From Candidatus Poribacteria bacterium (lineage in GTDB: Bacteria > Poribacteria > WGA-4E > GCA-2687025), in assembly GCA_016866785.1 (NCBI GenBank), contig VGLH01000001.1:7356-71355 (forward strand): a DNA stretch of 64,000 nucleotides, read 5' to 3'. Every line of letters starts with the position of its first letter. The stretch's first letter is position 1. Below, piece after piece: positions 1 to 9,568 of the stretch. Below the pieces are notes generated by a model. The model had not been told where the DNA came from and searched no databases. It worked only from the letters and a program-made list of their open reading frames with translations. Made by a program: the position numbers and the translations under genes.

Positions 1-981
1 CAAGATCACCTTGCCGGCACGACCTGCTGCGAACAGCGCGAACGCGGCATCTGCCTCCAACAAGGACATCCGGTGTGTGATGAGCTTATCGACGCGCAAC
101 CCGCGACGGTACAGTGCCAGCATGTCGCCGTACTCAGCGTAGTGGTAGAACCAACTGCCCATCAGCGTCACGTCCTTGCGGATGAGGTCGCCGCTGGGGC
201 TGATCGGCACATCTCCCTGTTCGCCGACGGCGACGACGGTTCCCGCCTTGCCGACCAGTCTCAACGCCATCTTGAGCGTGTCGGGACGCGCGGCGGCTTC
301 GATGCATTTGTCGGCGAGCTCGCCCCGCGTCATCTCTGTGACCGCCGCGACGACATCGACTGAGCTTGGGTTGATCGTTTGGGCAGCGCCGCATTGACGG
401 GCGAGCTCGAGCCGATAGTCGTTGACGTCCACGGCGATCACCTCGGCTCCGAGGAATGACTGCATCAGGATATTGCCCAGTCCGATGGGCCCGGCTCCGA
501 AGACGCAGACGATGTCCCCGCCCCGCGTCCCGATCCGTCGGGCGACGTGGTAGGGAACCCCGATGCCGTCGCCGGTGAGCAGGACGCCCAGGTCGAAGGA
601 CACATCGTCGGGCAGACGGAGACAGACGTGCTCCGGGGCGGCGAGCCGTTCCGCGTGTGTGCCCGGGCAAGTCGTGCGCGCGTCGCAGTAGGTGTACTGA
701 CCCGCGTCACACCAACGGCATGCGCCGCAGCCCCACACGGCATGGACGCCGACCCGGTCACCGACCCGAAGCCTTCGGGAGACTCCGGCATCCACGACGA
801 TGCCCGACACCTCATGACCGCCGTTGAACGCCTGTTCATATGCCGCGCGGTAGCCGTGCATCTCGCTGCCGCAAATGCCGGACGCGCGGATCTCGATCAG
901 CGCCTCGCCGTTCGGTTGTGTGGGCTCTGGGAACTCCCGGACGGCGACGCGCCCGGACCCGAGCATTTGCACGCCGAGCAC
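1..981 (-). CDS. Zinc-dependent alcohol/sugar dehydrogenase (MDR family); stop codon just outside the window
   Basis: Not in the ORF track because it runs off the edge. Manual translation from GTG at 981 (AGGAGG upstream) gives VLGVQMLGSGRVAV...SGICGSEMH...GGHEVSG, then GAGPIG, ending ...AGKVIL, a typical MDR C-terminus. Confidence 0.85.
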   Translation of the reverse strand, partial: MLGVQMLGSGRVAVREFPEPTQPNGEALIEIRASGICGSEMHGYRAAYEQAFNGGHEVSGIVVDAGVSRRLRVGDRVGVHAVWGCGACRWCDAGQYTYCDARTTCPGTHAERLAAPEHVCLRLPDDVSFDLGVLLTGDGIGVPYHVARRIGTRGGDIVCVFGAGPIGLGNILMQSFLGAEVIAVDVNDYRLELARQCGAAQTINPSSVDVVAAVTEMTRGELADKCIEAAARPDTLKMALRLVGKAGTVVAVGEQGDVPISPSGDLIRKDVTLMGSWFYHYAEYGDMLALYRRGLRVDKLITHRMSLLEADAAFALFAAGRAGKVIL

Positions 982-1006
982 GGATCGCCTCCTGCCTATG
1001 GTAGAC

Positions 1007-1909
1007 CTATGGTAGACGCGCGCCGAAGACGCGGAGAGCGCCCGGAGCGACGCTGAGGCGAGCCGGCGTCATGCCGAGGAACTCGCCGTCTGCGTAGATC
1101 GGGCAGGCTTCCTCCGCCTCGAGCGTGAGTTCGCGTGTAGGCATCACTTCGACGCGCGGGTCCGACACATGGGAACCGCATATCACGCGCGGCATCAGCA
1201 TCAAGGCGCGGAAGGCACTCATACCACGGATCGCGCATACGTGAAACAGCGTGTCGTCGATGCGCGCCGAGGGCGCGATGCAGAAGACTCCGCCGTAGTT
1301 CGGCGTGTTGGCTGTCGCGCAGAGCAGGAGAGGGAGTTCGCGCGTACCGAAATCGCCGGACAGACGAGCTTCGCGGGGCATGTAGCGGAAGAGCTCGCGG
1401 ATCGTCGCCGTGACGTAGGTGGCTCCCGTGGGCCCGGCAGCGGCGCGCTCTTCGACGGCGCGACTCACCGCAGCGTCCACGCCGAACGTCGCCACGGTAC
1501 AGAAGAACCGATCCGACATCCTGCCGAGGTCGATGCGCGGCGGGTCTGACGCGCCTTTGAGGTCGCCGATGATCTGGGCGGCGAGTCGTTCAACGGGGAT
1601 GTGCAGCCCCAGCGCGCGTGCCAAGTCGTTGCCTCGACCGGCCGGGATGATGGTCAGAGCGGTCTCGGTATGGGCGAGAACATTGGCGACCGAGTGCACG
1701 GTTCCATCGCCGCCGCACACGATGAGACATCTCGCGGACCGTGACGCCACGTCGGCGGCGAGTTGCCGGGATTCGTCGGCGCTGTGGGTCTGAACCAGTT
1801 CCACCGGGAATGAGGCGTCGGCAAGTATCCGCGCCACGCGCATCGCGACCTGCGCCCCGCGACCCCTGCCGGAGCTCGGATTGACGATCAACGGAACCGC
1901 CGATGGCAT
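1007..1909 (-). CDS. Diacylglycerol/lipid kinase family protein (YegS/DagK-like)
   Basis: IVNPSSGRG, CGGDGTV, PAGRGNDLAR, NTPNYGG and ADGE motifs; start set at MPSAV. Confidence 0.9.
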   Translation of the reverse strand: MPSAVPLIVNPSSGRGRGAQVAMRVARILADASFPVELVQTHSADESRQLAADVASRSARCLIVCGGDGTVHSVANVLAHTETALTIIPAGRGNDLARALGLHIPVERLAAQIIGDLKGASDPPRIDLGRMSDRFFCTVATFGVDAAVSRAVEERAAAGPTGATYVTATIRELFRYMPREARLSGDFGTRELPLLLCATANTPNYGGVFCIAPSARIDDTLFHVCAIRGMSAFRALMLMPRVICGSHVSDPRVEVMPTRELTLEAEEACPIYADGEFLGMTPARLSVAPGALRVFGARLP

Positions 1910-1937
1910 GGCGAGCGCCTGTTCGCGTGCGTGAGGG

Positions 1938-3542
1938 CTACCGAACGTCGCACACGAATATCGGCGGCCAGTGGAAGTTCGTGATGCTCGCGTTCGACCC
2001 GACCACGCTCTGCGCCTTCTCCACGGCTTCTGGCATCGTCGCCGCCGTGTCGAAGCCCATGCGACGCGCCGCCTCGACTGCCCGAGCATCTTGGGGCTTG
2101 AGGACGATCACCTTCGCGAGGTGCTGTAGCGCGTGCGCGCCCCAGTACCACATGTACGCGCCGTGCACGCCGTGGAACGCGTAGCCGTGGCGGTACATCT
2201 CGAGGTACTTCGGGTTCGCGGCAAGCTCCGGTTCATAGCGCTCGTAGATCGTCTGCGGGTCGCGCGTTTCAGGCAGCACGCGCTCGAAGAGCTCGATGTA
2301 GGACGGGTGGTGCTCCGCGTGGAACTTGTACTCCATCGGATGCGCGAGGATCAGCACGCCGCCTTCCCGAACCAGTGGCTTGTTCCGGTACATGTTGAAC
2401 ATGTACCCCAGCATCAGGCAGTGGACGAGTAGCGGATTCAGGATGGAGTTGACGTTGTAGGGCCCGAGATACGGCGTTCCGGCGATCAGGATGTCGCACT
2501 GCCCATCGATGGGAACCAACTGCTGTCGGTAGATGTTATCGAGCGTCGAACGATGCACGGGATCCGTCTTGCCGGCTTGGACACTCGTCATCGCATACGA
2601 CGCGCGCATCGAGTGGAAGATCGACCGGATCAATCCTCGTGGCAGCGTTGCCGCCGAGATTCGGTTCGCGTGGAAGTTGATGCTGTCGAGCGCCGACCAG
2701 TCGTCCTCGCGCTTCTGAAGAAACGGGAAGATCGTGGGGAAGGTGCTCGTATTGAACGTCGTCTCGATGTGAAAGACGTTGAGATGCTCGTTGACGATGC
2801 GTCCCATCCGTCCGAGCGAGCTGTGCAACTGCGAGTGGCGCGGGTCCATCAGCGAGCGGGTGTGCGCCAACGTCTGCGGATTGTGGTGATGGTAGACGCT
2901 GCGATAGGAGGAGATGCCGGTGCTGAGCGACTTGTGCCCGCCGTCCATCGACGTCAGGTTCAAGTTGACGTAGATGACGAGGTCGGACTCGACGGCTCGC
3001 CGGTTCAGCTCGACGTGCTCGCCCTCTTCCGTGACGCCGAGGAGCTCCAGGTTCTCGTGGTCCTCGGAATCGTGGTTGTAGAGCCGTCCCGACGCGTGGA
3101 ACTGCGAGTAGACGCGAGCTCCCAGCATCGACTTGAGCTCCCCGGGCGTCATACGGCGATGGAGTCCGATCGCGCCGATCAAGTGGATGTCGTCGATCCC
3201 GACGGCGGCGAGCTTCTTCACGAGCAGTTCGATGGCGATCTGGCGAACGTCCGGCTTCGGCAGCGGAGGCAGCGTCAGCGAGATGTCGTCGAAGACGATG
3301 GTCACCTTCATTCCGGGGCGAAGCTGAGCCGAGAGCGGATCGCACTCCATCGGGTGTTCGGTGGCATTGTCGATTGCTTGGGCGACGTCGCGAATCCCCG
3401 GAAACGGCGGAGGGGGAAAGATGACACGCGTCCCTTTGGGAAGCCGCTCGAACAGGAACCCTTCGCCGTAGTGCAACAGGAACCGTTTCCGGTCGTCTTC
3501 GACGTACTCGACCAGATTGGAGCGATCCGGGTACGCGTCCAT
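1938..3542 (-). CDS. Lactate racemase (LarA/DUF2088) domain protein
   Basis: IVFDDIS, AIGLHRRMT, NHDSED and GGHKS motifs of the LarA superfamily; long 534-aa form. Confidence 0.8.
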   Translation of the reverse strand: MDAYPDRSNLVEYVEDDRKRFLLHYGEGFLFERLPKGTRVIFPPPPFPGIRDVAQAIDNATEHPMECDPLSAQLRPGMKVTIVFDDISLTLPPLPKPDVRQIAIELLVKKLAAVGIDDIHLIGAIGLHRRMTPGELKSMLGARVYSQFHASGRLYNHDSEDHENLELLGVTEEGEHVELNRRAVESDLVIYVNLNLTSMDGGHKSLSTGISSYRSVYHHHNPQTLAHTRSLMDPRHSQLHSSLGRMGRIVNEHLNVFHIETTFNTSTFPTIFPFLQKREDDWSALDSINFHANRISAATLPRGLIRSIFHSMRASYAMTSVQAGKTDPVHRSTLDNIYRQQLVPIDGQCDILIAGTPYLGPYNVNSILNPLLVHCLMLGYMFNMYRNKPLVREGGVLILAHPMEYKFHAEHHPSYIELFERVLPETRDPQTIYERYEPELAANPKYLEMYRHGYAFHGVHGAYMWYWGAHALQHLAKVIVLKPQDARAVEAARRMGFDTAATMPEAVEKAQSVVGSNASITNFHWPPIFVCDVR

Positions 3543-3563
3543 GACGCCCTCTCTCGCCTGCCA

Positions 3564-4781
3564 TCAATCGCGCGGGAACTCGAAGACCGTCTTTACGGAG
3601 CCGTTGGGACCCGATGCGAGCGCCCCGCGAATCGCGTTCCGATAGTCCGCCAGCCGGTGTCTCGTGGTTACCAGAGACCCAAGCGGCGCGGCGCCCCGGC
3701 GCATGAGCTCCATTGCCAGGTCGAACGTCTTCACCGACCTCTCGTCGAGCTTCTCGACGCCGTAGGCGTACGCGCCTCGAACGGTAAGCTCTTTGTGCCA
3801 GATGTTGGTCCAATCGACGCCGCTCGCGATGCCCGGCATGCCGACGAGCGTGACGGAACCGCCGGATCGCGTCAAACGGATCGCGTCGTCGATACTCGAT
3901 GACGAGCCCACGCAGTCGAACGTGACATCGACGCCGCCCACCAGGACGGGCTTGCCGAGCTCCGGCTGGAACGTCAACGCTCCCGTCGCGTCCGGGATCG
4001 CTCGGTAGAGCCCGCTGCCCGTCGGCACGATATCCGTCGCTCCGAGCGTCCGAGCCCACTCCTGTTGATGCGGGTACTTCGCCGATGCGAGGACCCGGTT
4101 CCCGAAACCGAGCGCCCGGATCGCAGCGATGGTCAGCAGACCGATTGTGCCGCAACCGAGAACCAGTATGGTTGCCTCGGTCGGCAACGCGGTCCGTATC
4201 ACTGCGTGCAACGAGCAGGCGAAGGGCTCGATGAGAGCCGCCTCCTCGTCGGTCAGATCGTCGGGCACGGCGTAGAGCTGCGCCGGATGCGCGACGAAGG
4301 ATCGGCTCCATCCACCGCCCGTGTCGCGGCAGTAGCCGGTCTGGATGCCCGGCGCGATGCTGCCGCGCGTGATGTTCTCGCAGGTTCCCGTGTCGCCGCG
4401 CTCGCACGAAGGGCACACGAGCGAGATGCCGCGCACGGCGCAGTGCAGCGCCGGCTCGACGACGACGCGGGTCCCACTGGGAAGCCCATCGGTGCCCATC
4501 GCCAGCGTTCCGACCACCTCGTGCCCCAGCACGAACGGGAACGAGAGCAGCGGAGAGAAATAGGGACTTCCCTTGGCGGCGACGGTCGCCAGATCGGAGC
4601 CGCAGATGCCGCACAGACGTGTGTGGACCCGTACCCACTGGTCGTTCGGCAGCTTGGGCTCTGGCACGTCCCGGAGCCGTATGACGGCGGCATGGCTCGT
4701 GACGATGCCGGGCAACCGCCGGTACAGGGCTTTCACCGCCAAGTACCGCGGGACGCTCCGTACGTACTCGATCGCTTCCAA
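3564..4781 (-). CDS. Zinc-binding dehydrogenase (MDR family)
   Basis: CGICGSD, GHEVVG, structural-Zn Cys cluster, GCGTIG. Confidence 0.9.
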   Translation of the reverse strand: MEAIEYVRSVPRYLAVKALYRRLPGIVTSHAAVIRLRDVPEPKLPNDQWVRVHTRLCGICGSDLATVAAKGSPYFSPLLSFPFVLGHEVVGTLAMGTDGLPSGTRVVVEPALHCAVRGISLVCPSCERGDTGTCENITRGSIAPGIQTGYCRDTGGGWSRSFVAHPAQLYAVPDDLTDEEAALIEPFACSLHAVIRTALPTEATILVLGCGTIGLLTIAAIRALGFGNRVLASAKYPHQQEWARTLGATDIVPTGSGLYRAIPDATGALTFQPELGKPVLVGGVDVTFDCVGSSSSIDDAIRLTRSGGSVTLVGMPGIASGVDWTNIWHKELTVRGAYAYGVEKLDERSVKTFDLAMELMRRGAAPLGSLVTTRHRLADYRNAIRGALASGPNGSVKTVFEFPRD

Positions 4782-4790
4782 CGCCCGCCC

Positions 4791-5858
4791 TCACTCGGGT
4801 CGATGCCACTTCCGCAGGGAGTCAGTCGCGGCGAGCGCCGCGTTCTGCCCGGATGCGAAAGCGGACGCGATGAGTTTCCGAGCTCCAGCCACAATATCCC
4901 CAGCCGCGTAGATCCCGGGCACCGGCTCGCCTGCGCTGTCCAGCACCTGGTTGTCGTCGTTGACGCACAACAGACCTTCTGCGTCGGTCTGGACATCCCA
5001 TCCGGCAAGGAATTGTGTGTTGGGATCGAGCCCCTCGTCGACGAAGAACCCGTGGTGGTGAACCTTCTCCCCGTCCGCCAACTCGAAGCCGATGAGATCG
5101 GTTCCCGTGCCAATGTGGCGCCGGATTTCGCGAGTATCGATGTGGATGCCTCGCTCGCTGATCTGAGTCAGCACGGGCTCAGACATGCCGTGAGGCCTGC
5201 CGTTGGTGTAGATCGTGATCTTGTCGGTGAAGTCCTGCGCGCCGACGGCAACGTCGTAGACGTAGTCTCCCACGCCGAGGATCGCGATCGACTCGTTCAC
5301 ATGGAGATGTCCGTCGCATCGGATGCAGACATGCCATCCGCGCTTGTTGCCGGCATATCGGAACACGGCGCGGAACCGTTGGTAGGCGCGCGTCGCGCTT
5401 TCGTCCGCTTCGATCTGGGGCCAGCGGTCCTCGAAACCGGATGCGATCACGACGCGACGGGCTGTGAAAGTGGCTGTCTCGGCCGGCGCAACTCCAAGCG
5501 GCTGACGAGAGACTTCGAGCTCGAACCCATGAGCGTGTCGTCGGAGTCCTACGACGACGCCAGCCATGGGGTCGATTCCCGCCTTCCGCACTTCGCCAGC
5601 GATCTCAATGTCTTTGACCGGACGGCTCCGCATCCACTCACGAAGTGCCTTGAGCAGCTTGGGACCCGTAATGCCGGCGAACACCGGAACGTCCTCGAAC
5701 TCGACGGACTTCGACCAGTAAGCGCGTCCCTTCCGGTTGCTGACTTCCCCGGCGTCCAGAACCAGCACGTGCCGCATCTGATGGCTCGCAGAGATGGCGG
5801 CTTGAGCTCCCGCCGGTCCCGCTCCGATCACGGCGACGTCGTACGCGTCGGCGTCCAT
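4791..5858 (-). CDS. Thioredoxin-reductase-like FAD/NAD(P)-dependent oxidoreductase
   Basis: GAGPAG FAD motif, CIRCDG (CxxC), GIYAAGD. Confidence 0.85.
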   Translation of the reverse strand: MDADAYDVAVIGAGPAGAQAAISASHQMRHVLVLDAGEVSNRKGRAYWSKSVEFEDVPVFAGITGPKLLKALREWMRSRPVKDIEIAGEVRKAGIDPMAGVVVGLRRHAHGFELEVSRQPLGVAPAETATFTARRVVIASGFEDRWPQIEADESATRAYQRFRAVFRYAGNKRGWHVCIRCDGHLHVNESIAILGVGDYVYDVAVGAQDFTDKITIYTNGRPHGMSEPVLTQISERGIHIDTREIRRHIGTGTDLIGFELADGEKVHHHGFFVDEGLDPNTQFLAGWDVQTDAEGLLCVNDDNQVLDSAGEPVPGIYAAGDIVAGARKLIASAFASGQNAALAATDSLRKWHRPE

Positions 5859-5883
5859 CGTCGTCCTCCGAGCTTAGCCGTGG

Positions 5884-6906
5884 TCATGAGCCGATCTTGA
5901 CTTCCACCGTGTGGTACCCGCCCGCGCCGGCTGGATACGGGTCCTCGTACTTCTCGCGCTGGACGGTTCCGTCCTTGCCGATGGCGCGCGCGAGGACCTT
6001 CGTCTTCTTCGCGCCCTGCGGGATCGTCCACTCGTACTGCCACAGCGACCACGTCAGAGGATCCGCGCTCGCCCATATCTCAGCCGCGTGCCAGGTCGAT
6101 CCCCCGTCCGTGCTCACTTCGACGCGCTGAATGCCGCCCATGCTGCCGCCGTCGAAGGCGGAGCCGCTGATCCGGTAGGAACCCGCCGGCAGCGTCGCGT
6201 CCTTCGTGGGCACATGAACGCGGGTCGCCGTCTTGACCGCCGCGACATCAGACCAACCGCGCGTCTCCCAGTACCCGTGGTACTCCTTGGCGACGATTTC
6301 GATATTGTTGATCCACTTCGGGCATTTCTGACCGTACTTCCCGGGGTTCAGGAGCCGCACCGGGTAGCCATGCTCGCGCGGAAGGTCCTCGCCATTCATC
6401 TTGAACGCGAGGATCGCGCGCGGGTGCATCGCGTCTTCAATCGGGATCGCCGTATGGTAGAGGTCTGCGCATCGGAACACCGCGCGTGTCGCCTGCTCAC
6501 GGATCCCAGCTTCCTTCAGCAGAACGCGTAGCGGGATGCCAGTCCACTCGGCGTTGCCGATCTGGTTGCCGCCGATGGGATCGCCGATGCAGGAGAGCGT
6601 GCGGTGCACCGTCGTCGACTCCGAAGCCTTGGCGAGAAGGTCGGGTAGGCGCACGATCTTGGGTTTCTGCACCAGTCCGTTGATGATCATGCGCCACTTC
6701 GACGCGTCGAGCGCTGGCGGGTTCCCGCTAGTGATGTCCTGAACGTAGAACTCGCGAGTGGGCGTCACCCACCGCGACGGCTCGACGCCCGCGCGCGCCC
6801 ACTGATCGGGGCTTCTGGTCGCGGCGTCGGCGGAATCGCCGAACACCGGCAGCAAAACACCGGCGGCGCTTACGGCAGACACCTTGAGGAATGTCCTGCG
6901 GTTCAT
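5884..6906 (-). CDS. Tat-exported sulfite-oxidase-family molybdopterin oxidoreductase
   Basis: MNRRTFLK Tat signal; LSCIG Mo-ligand Cys, NAEWTG, HGYPVRL, PGKYGQKCPKW; C-terminal dimerisation domain (VEVSTDGG). Confidence 0.9.
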   Translation of the reverse strand: MNRRTFLKVSAVSAAGVLLPVFGDSADAATRSPDQWARAGVEPSRWVTPTREFYVQDITSGNPPALDASKWRMIINGLVQKPKIVRLPDLLAKASESTTVHRTLSCIGDPIGGNQIGNAEWTGIPLRVLLKEAGIREQATRAVFRCADLYHTAIPIEDAMHPRAILAFKMNGEDLPREHGYPVRLLNPGKYGQKCPKWINNIEIVAKEYHGYWETRGWSDVAAVKTATRVHVPTKDATLPAGSYRISGSAFDGGSMGGIQRVEVSTDGGSTWHAAEIWASADPLTWSLWQYEWTIPQGAKKTKVLARAIGKDGTVQREKYEDPYPAGAGGYHTVEVKIGS

Positions 6907-6920
6907 GTCGTATCCTCCGC

Positions 6921-8177
6921 TCAGATCGTCGAATGGTCAGCCCGCTGGATGTCGCCGGTGACGATCACCTCGACACGGTCTCCAAGGGACGCTCCGCTGC
7001 CGTCGATGACCGCAAGTCCGTTTGCCAGCACGAGGGACTTCAATACTCCAGAACCTTGGGAACCCGTCGTCGTCGCTCTCAGTTCGCCATTCCTCTCAGT
7101 GAGAATGACGCGCATGAAGTTCGTTCTGCCGTGGGAGTCGTTCGTGACGGACTCGTCCATGATGGCGTAACGCGGGCTTCGGAACGGGTCCGACCGCCCC
7201 GCCATCTTGCGGAGCGCCGGACGGACGAACAGCTCGAAGACGACCATGGACGAGACGGGGTTCCCCGGCAGCGCGAAGACCGGCTTACCCAGCACTTCGC
7301 CGAACGCCTGCGGCTTGCCCGGCTTCATGGCGACGCGCCAGAACCGAAGCTCGCCCAGCGATTCGAGCACCGACTTGACGACATCGTAGTCGCCGACGCT
7401 CACGCCTCCGCTCGTTACCAGGGCGTCCGACTGGGCAACGGCTTCGCGGATCTTGTGTTCCACGACACTCGCGTCGTCGGTCGCGATCCCGAGGTCTAGC
7501 GGCTCGGCTCCCGCCTCGCGTATCTGTCCGATGAGCCCGTACCGGTTGCTGTCGCGGATCTTCCCTGGAAGCAGCGGCTGTCCGAGAGGCGTCAGCTCGT
7601 CGCCGGTCGAAATGACCGCCACGCGCGGCTTGCGGGCAACTAGCGGAAAGGGAACGTTGAGCGCCGCCAGCATCGCCAGTTCCGAAGGGCGCACGAGCTT
7701 GCCCTTGCGCAACACCGTGTCTCCACGACGCACGCTCTCCCCGGCGAACCGGACATTCTGGCGGGAGCGTGGTTCCTCGAACACATCGACCCAGTCCTCC
7801 CCGGATCGCGTGTGTTCGACCATCACGACGGCATCCGCGCCTTCCGGCATCATCGCGCCCGTCATGATTCGGCTCGCCGTGCCCTGAACCACTGCGACGT
7901 TCGGCGCGAAACCCGCCGGCAGCGACTCGACAACGCGCAGGCGAACCGGCGACCCCTCCGAGGCTCCCCGCAGATCGTCGACGCGAACGGCGAAGCCGTC
8001 CATCGCGGAGTTGTCGAACGGCGGATTGTCCTCGGTTGCGACGATGTCCTCGGCGAGTGCGTAGTCGAGGGCATCGAGAAGGGGCACGCGAACGGCTTCG
8101 AGCGGCGACAGCGACTCGAGCATCCGTTCCCGTGCTTCGGCTACGGTCAGCATCGGCTGTCTGTCACGCATGGTCAC
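6921..8177 (-). CDS. moeA: Molybdopterin molybdotransferase
   Basis: PPFDNSAMDGFAV, IMTGA, STGDEL, SGGVSVGDYD, KPGKP, LPGNPVS. Confidence 0.95.
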   Translation of the reverse strand: MTMRDRQPMLTVAEARERMLESLSPLEAVRVPLLDALDYALAEDIVATEDNPPFDNSAMDGFAVRVDDLRGASEGSPVRLRVVESLPAGFAPNVAVVQGTASRIMTGAMMPEGADAVVMVEHTRSGEDWVDVFEEPRSRQNVRFAGESVRRGDTVLRKGKLVRPSELAMLAALNVPFPLVARKPRVAVISTGDELTPLGQPLLPGKIRDSNRYGLIGQIREAGAEPLDLGIATDDASVVEHKIREAVAQSDALVTSGGVSVGDYDVVKSVLESLGELRFWRVAMKPGKPQAFGEVLGKPVFALPGNPVSSMVVFELFVRPALRKMAGRSDPFRSPRYAIMDESVTNDSHGRTNFMRVILTERNGELRATTTGSQGSGVLKSLVLANGLAVIDGSGASLGDRVEVIVTGDIQRADHSTI

Positions 8178-8796
8178 GCTTTGCCATCAGGTCTCGCACT
8201 CGTTCCAGGTCAGCGGGCGTGTTGAGGTTCGTGAGAACGATGTCGTCGATTCCCACGCGCCGGAGCTCATCGGCGGTCACCGCACGGATTCGGGCGAACC
8301 TGGGCACGTCCTGCGCGGCGAGCAAACCCGAATCGACCATTCGTTGAATCGCCGGCAGCGCCGATCGAGCATACGCCGCACAGCAGGGCTCGTAACCTCG
8401 ATCCGTGCAGACCATCGCACCGTCGAAGCCATCTGCAGCCTGCGCAACCGCCCAGAGCGCTTCCGGCGTGAGGAACGGCATATCGCACGCGATCACCAGC
8501 GCCAGATCGTGCTGCATGACGCGTAGTGCCGTCGCGATGCCGCCGAGAACGCCCAACCCCGGCGCGTCGTCAGGAATGCAACGCGCCTCGGATTCCGGCA
8601 CGTCCCAACCGGCGGGCAACGCGCCGACGACTAGGACTTCGTCCGACGCGCCATTGAGCGTCTGCAACGCGCGGCCGCCGAGAGTCTGCGTTCCGAGCCG
8701 GATCAGAGCCTTGTCCGTGCCCATTCGGCGACTCCTGCCGCCAGCGAGGAGTACGCCGGTTGTGCGTCGATGCGGCTTCGCAGAGGGGCTCGACAG
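8164..8796 (-). CDS. mobA: Molybdenum cofactor guanylyltransferase (start uncertain, upstream of the listed ATG)
   Basis: In-frame upstream GVLLAGGRSRRMGTDKA; ACDMPF; NLNTPAD. Confidence 0.85.
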   Translation of the reverse strand: MSSPSAKPHRRTTGVLLAGGRSRRMGTDKALIRLGTQTLGGRALQTLNGASDEVLVVGALPAGWDVPESEARCIPDDAPGLGVLGGIATALRVMQHDLALVIACDMPFLTPEALWAVAQAADGFDGAMVCTDRGYEPCCAAYARSALPAIQRMVDSGLLAAQDVPRFARIRAVTADELRRVGIDDIVLTNLNTPADLERVRDLMAKRDHA

Positions 8797-8917
8797 GACA
8801 GCTCTCCGGGGGCTCGATGCGTCGCGCGCGGCTTTGCCGGACGTGCTCGTTCGTGTAGAATCAGCGACACCGACAACTTAGCACCGTGGTCGGCGCCTAC
8901 ACAAGGGAGGCGCAGCC

Positions 8918-9568
8918 TTGGCGAACATCCTGACACTTGCCCGCGTCGCTCTGATCTTCGTCGTCATCGGTGTGTGGGCGCGCCGAGCCTTCCTGGAGTG
9001 GTGGTGGCTCGACGCTGTGATGGTTCCGCTGTTGGCTTGGGCGATCTTCATGGACGCCATGGACGGTTGGGTGGCGCGCAGGCGGCACGAGGAGTCGGAG
9101 TCGGGCGCGCTCTTCGACATCGCTGGCGACCGCATCGTCGAGCTCGTTCTGTGGGTCTTTTTCGCGATCCCGCGAGTTGCCGGCGAGTCCGCGCTGGTCC
9201 CCTACTGGGTCCCGGTCGCCATCGTCACGCGTACCGTGCTGACGGACTTCATCCGAAGCGTCGCGTTCGGACAGGGCAAGACGCCGTTCGGCGCCAAGAC
9301 GATGATGGACAGCGGCTGGGCGAAGCAGCTCGTCAGCTCGCGCTGGAGCCGCGCGCTCTATGGCATCATGAAGGCAATCGTGTTCTGCGCGCTGGGCGCG
9401 ATGCTTGCCGCGCAGCGTATGCGCGCCTCGGGTCCCGTCTGGCAGGCGTTCGCACTGGCGACGGACGTGCTCGTGTATTTGACGGCTGCGTTCTGCATCG
9501 TCAGAGCGGTGCCCGTCCTGTGGGATGGCAGGAAATACTTCGTTGCTCGACCCGCGAACCCGACGTGA
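8918..9568 (+). CDS. CDP-alcohol phosphatidyltransferase family protein
   Basis: ANILTLAR start; D-x2-DG-x2-AR-x8-G-x3-D-x3-D signature (DAMDGWVARR...GALFDIAGD). Confidence 0.9.
   Translation: MANILTLARVALIFVVIGVWARRAFLEWWWLDAVMVPLLAWAIFMDAMDGWVARRRHEESESGALFDIAGDRIVELVLWVFFAIPRVAGESALVPYWVPVAIVTRTVLTDFIRSVAFGQGKTPFGAKTMMDSGWAKQLVSSRWSRALYGIMKAIVFCALGAMLAAQRMRASGPVWQAFALATDVLVYLTAAFCIVRAVPVLWDGRKYFVARPANPT

Noticed and set aside
995..1016. 11-bp tandem duplication CCTATGGTAGA x2 at the lipid kinase stop codon
   Set aside because: Only two copies with no mobile element nearby; likely a local slippage event
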